Assembly (NCBI GenBank): GCA_038087875.1
Contig: CM075990.1
Span: 7,814,001 to 7,878,000 of the forward strand
DNA length: 64,000 bases
Direction: 5' to 3'
Origin: Malacoraja senta
Taxonomy: Eukaryota
In this document: piece by piece, positions 63,052-64,000 of the stretch
Layout: each line of letters opens with the position of its first letter
Position numbering within the stretch: the first letter of the stretch is position 1
Position numbers and translations under genes: made by a program
The notes under the pieces: generated by a model
The model's input: the letters and a program-made list of their open reading frames with translations, nothing else
What the model was told of the DNA's origin: nothing
The model's database searches: none

Positions 63052-63230
63052 CCAGCATGTTGAAAAATACTCCACGACCTAGCTGAGGCCTCGAGTACGC
63101 GGGGACTACTCGAGCATGAAGGAGAGTTACAAAGACCTCCTAGGACCTCGTGTCGTCCATGCTGCGAGTACGAGTCGAGTGCAAACTCTTTTAAACTCGC
63201 CAATTAGGTCGCCACAGTGGGACAGCCCCT
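63052..63230. mobile_element. Partial copy of the 58092-58587 MITE
   Basis: Reverse complement of ~58092-58270; ends gtgggacagcccct followed by TAA. Confidence 0.75.
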
Positions 63231-64000
63231 TAATGCAGGCATTGTCTGTACTAATTAGCACTCGGTGAAGATATGGATTTCTTTCTTGGACAGTTCTTCA
63301 GTCAGATGTGAGTTTGTCTAACTCAAGAACTGAGCACCTAACTTGAGGTGTTCTGGGGGTTCATTATTGTTGGGAAGCTGCTGTGTTGTTGATGTTAAAT
63401 TGAGCTTTTGGCAGTCCTCTCTAATAAATTGCCACTCTTCCATGTACCCAATATTCATATTATCTTATTTAAATACTTCTGTTTTGGAATGTCATGGGAT
63501 CAGGAGAGTTGCTATATGAATGTAACTTTTTTTTCCACATTTGTTGTTGCCAAATTCCAATTGCCTCTTTCACTTGTACGAGGATGAACTATTACTGATT
63601 TCTAGGTAAGTACAGACATTGAAAGTAGCTTTGCTTTCGAAAGGGCATTGAACATGCAATATTCTCGCATGAATAAAGTTGAGCACAAGAGTGAAGTACT
63701 GTTCAGCCAGTTTTAGACATAAAAAGCCTAGTTGTTTGTTTAGATTTTTCTGCGCCGTGGCCTTGTGAATCAGTGAACAGTATATCTATGTTGTAATCTT
63801 GAAGGGTTTACCACAAGGACCAATGAGAAATTTGTTTTATCAAGTTGTGAAGCATTGGAATTCTCCATGTGGCTGATCTGATTGATATTCAAGGCTGGGG
63901 TAGATAAGACGGAAATCTAAGTGATATGCTGATCAAGTGGGAAGGAGTACAAGCCACAGGAGATCAAGCATGATATTGAATCCAAAGTGGGCTTTAAGAT

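Overview
Vertebrate genomic DNA, very probably a cartilaginous fish (skate/ray or shark; inferred from HE1/V-SINE-type SINEs, CR1-type LINEs and Penelope repeats). One host gene is clearly present: the 5' end of WAPL (cohesin release factor) on the + strand. It has a CpG-island promoter with four ZNF143/SBS-type motifs (~11.45-12.7 kb), a probable non-coding exon 1 ending at 12162, and first coding exon 14715-15241 (ATG 14737). No later WAPL exon was recognised, so the remaining ~49 kb is read as intron 2. The rest is repeat-dense: tRNA-derived V-SINEs, CR1 and Rex1 LINE fragments, Penelope fragments and Penelope-derived palindromes, a Tc1 relic, PIF/Harbinger-like MITEs, a non-autonomous Helitron, a nested pair of hAT-like elements forming a ~5 kb inverted repeat, and micro/minisatellites. 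Most interesting: (1) a deleted ZFP36/TTP-family coding relic joined to the body and terminal repeat of an unclassified TIR element (possible Pack-type gene capture); (2) a minimal hammerhead-ribozyme-like core with structure-preserving variation in the abundant Penelope terminal repeat; (3) two uORFs in the WAPL leader, one ending in an ATGA overlap with the main start; (4) a self-nested transposon creating long dsRNA potential in the WAPL intron. All family assignments come from motif recognition by eye; no database searches were run.
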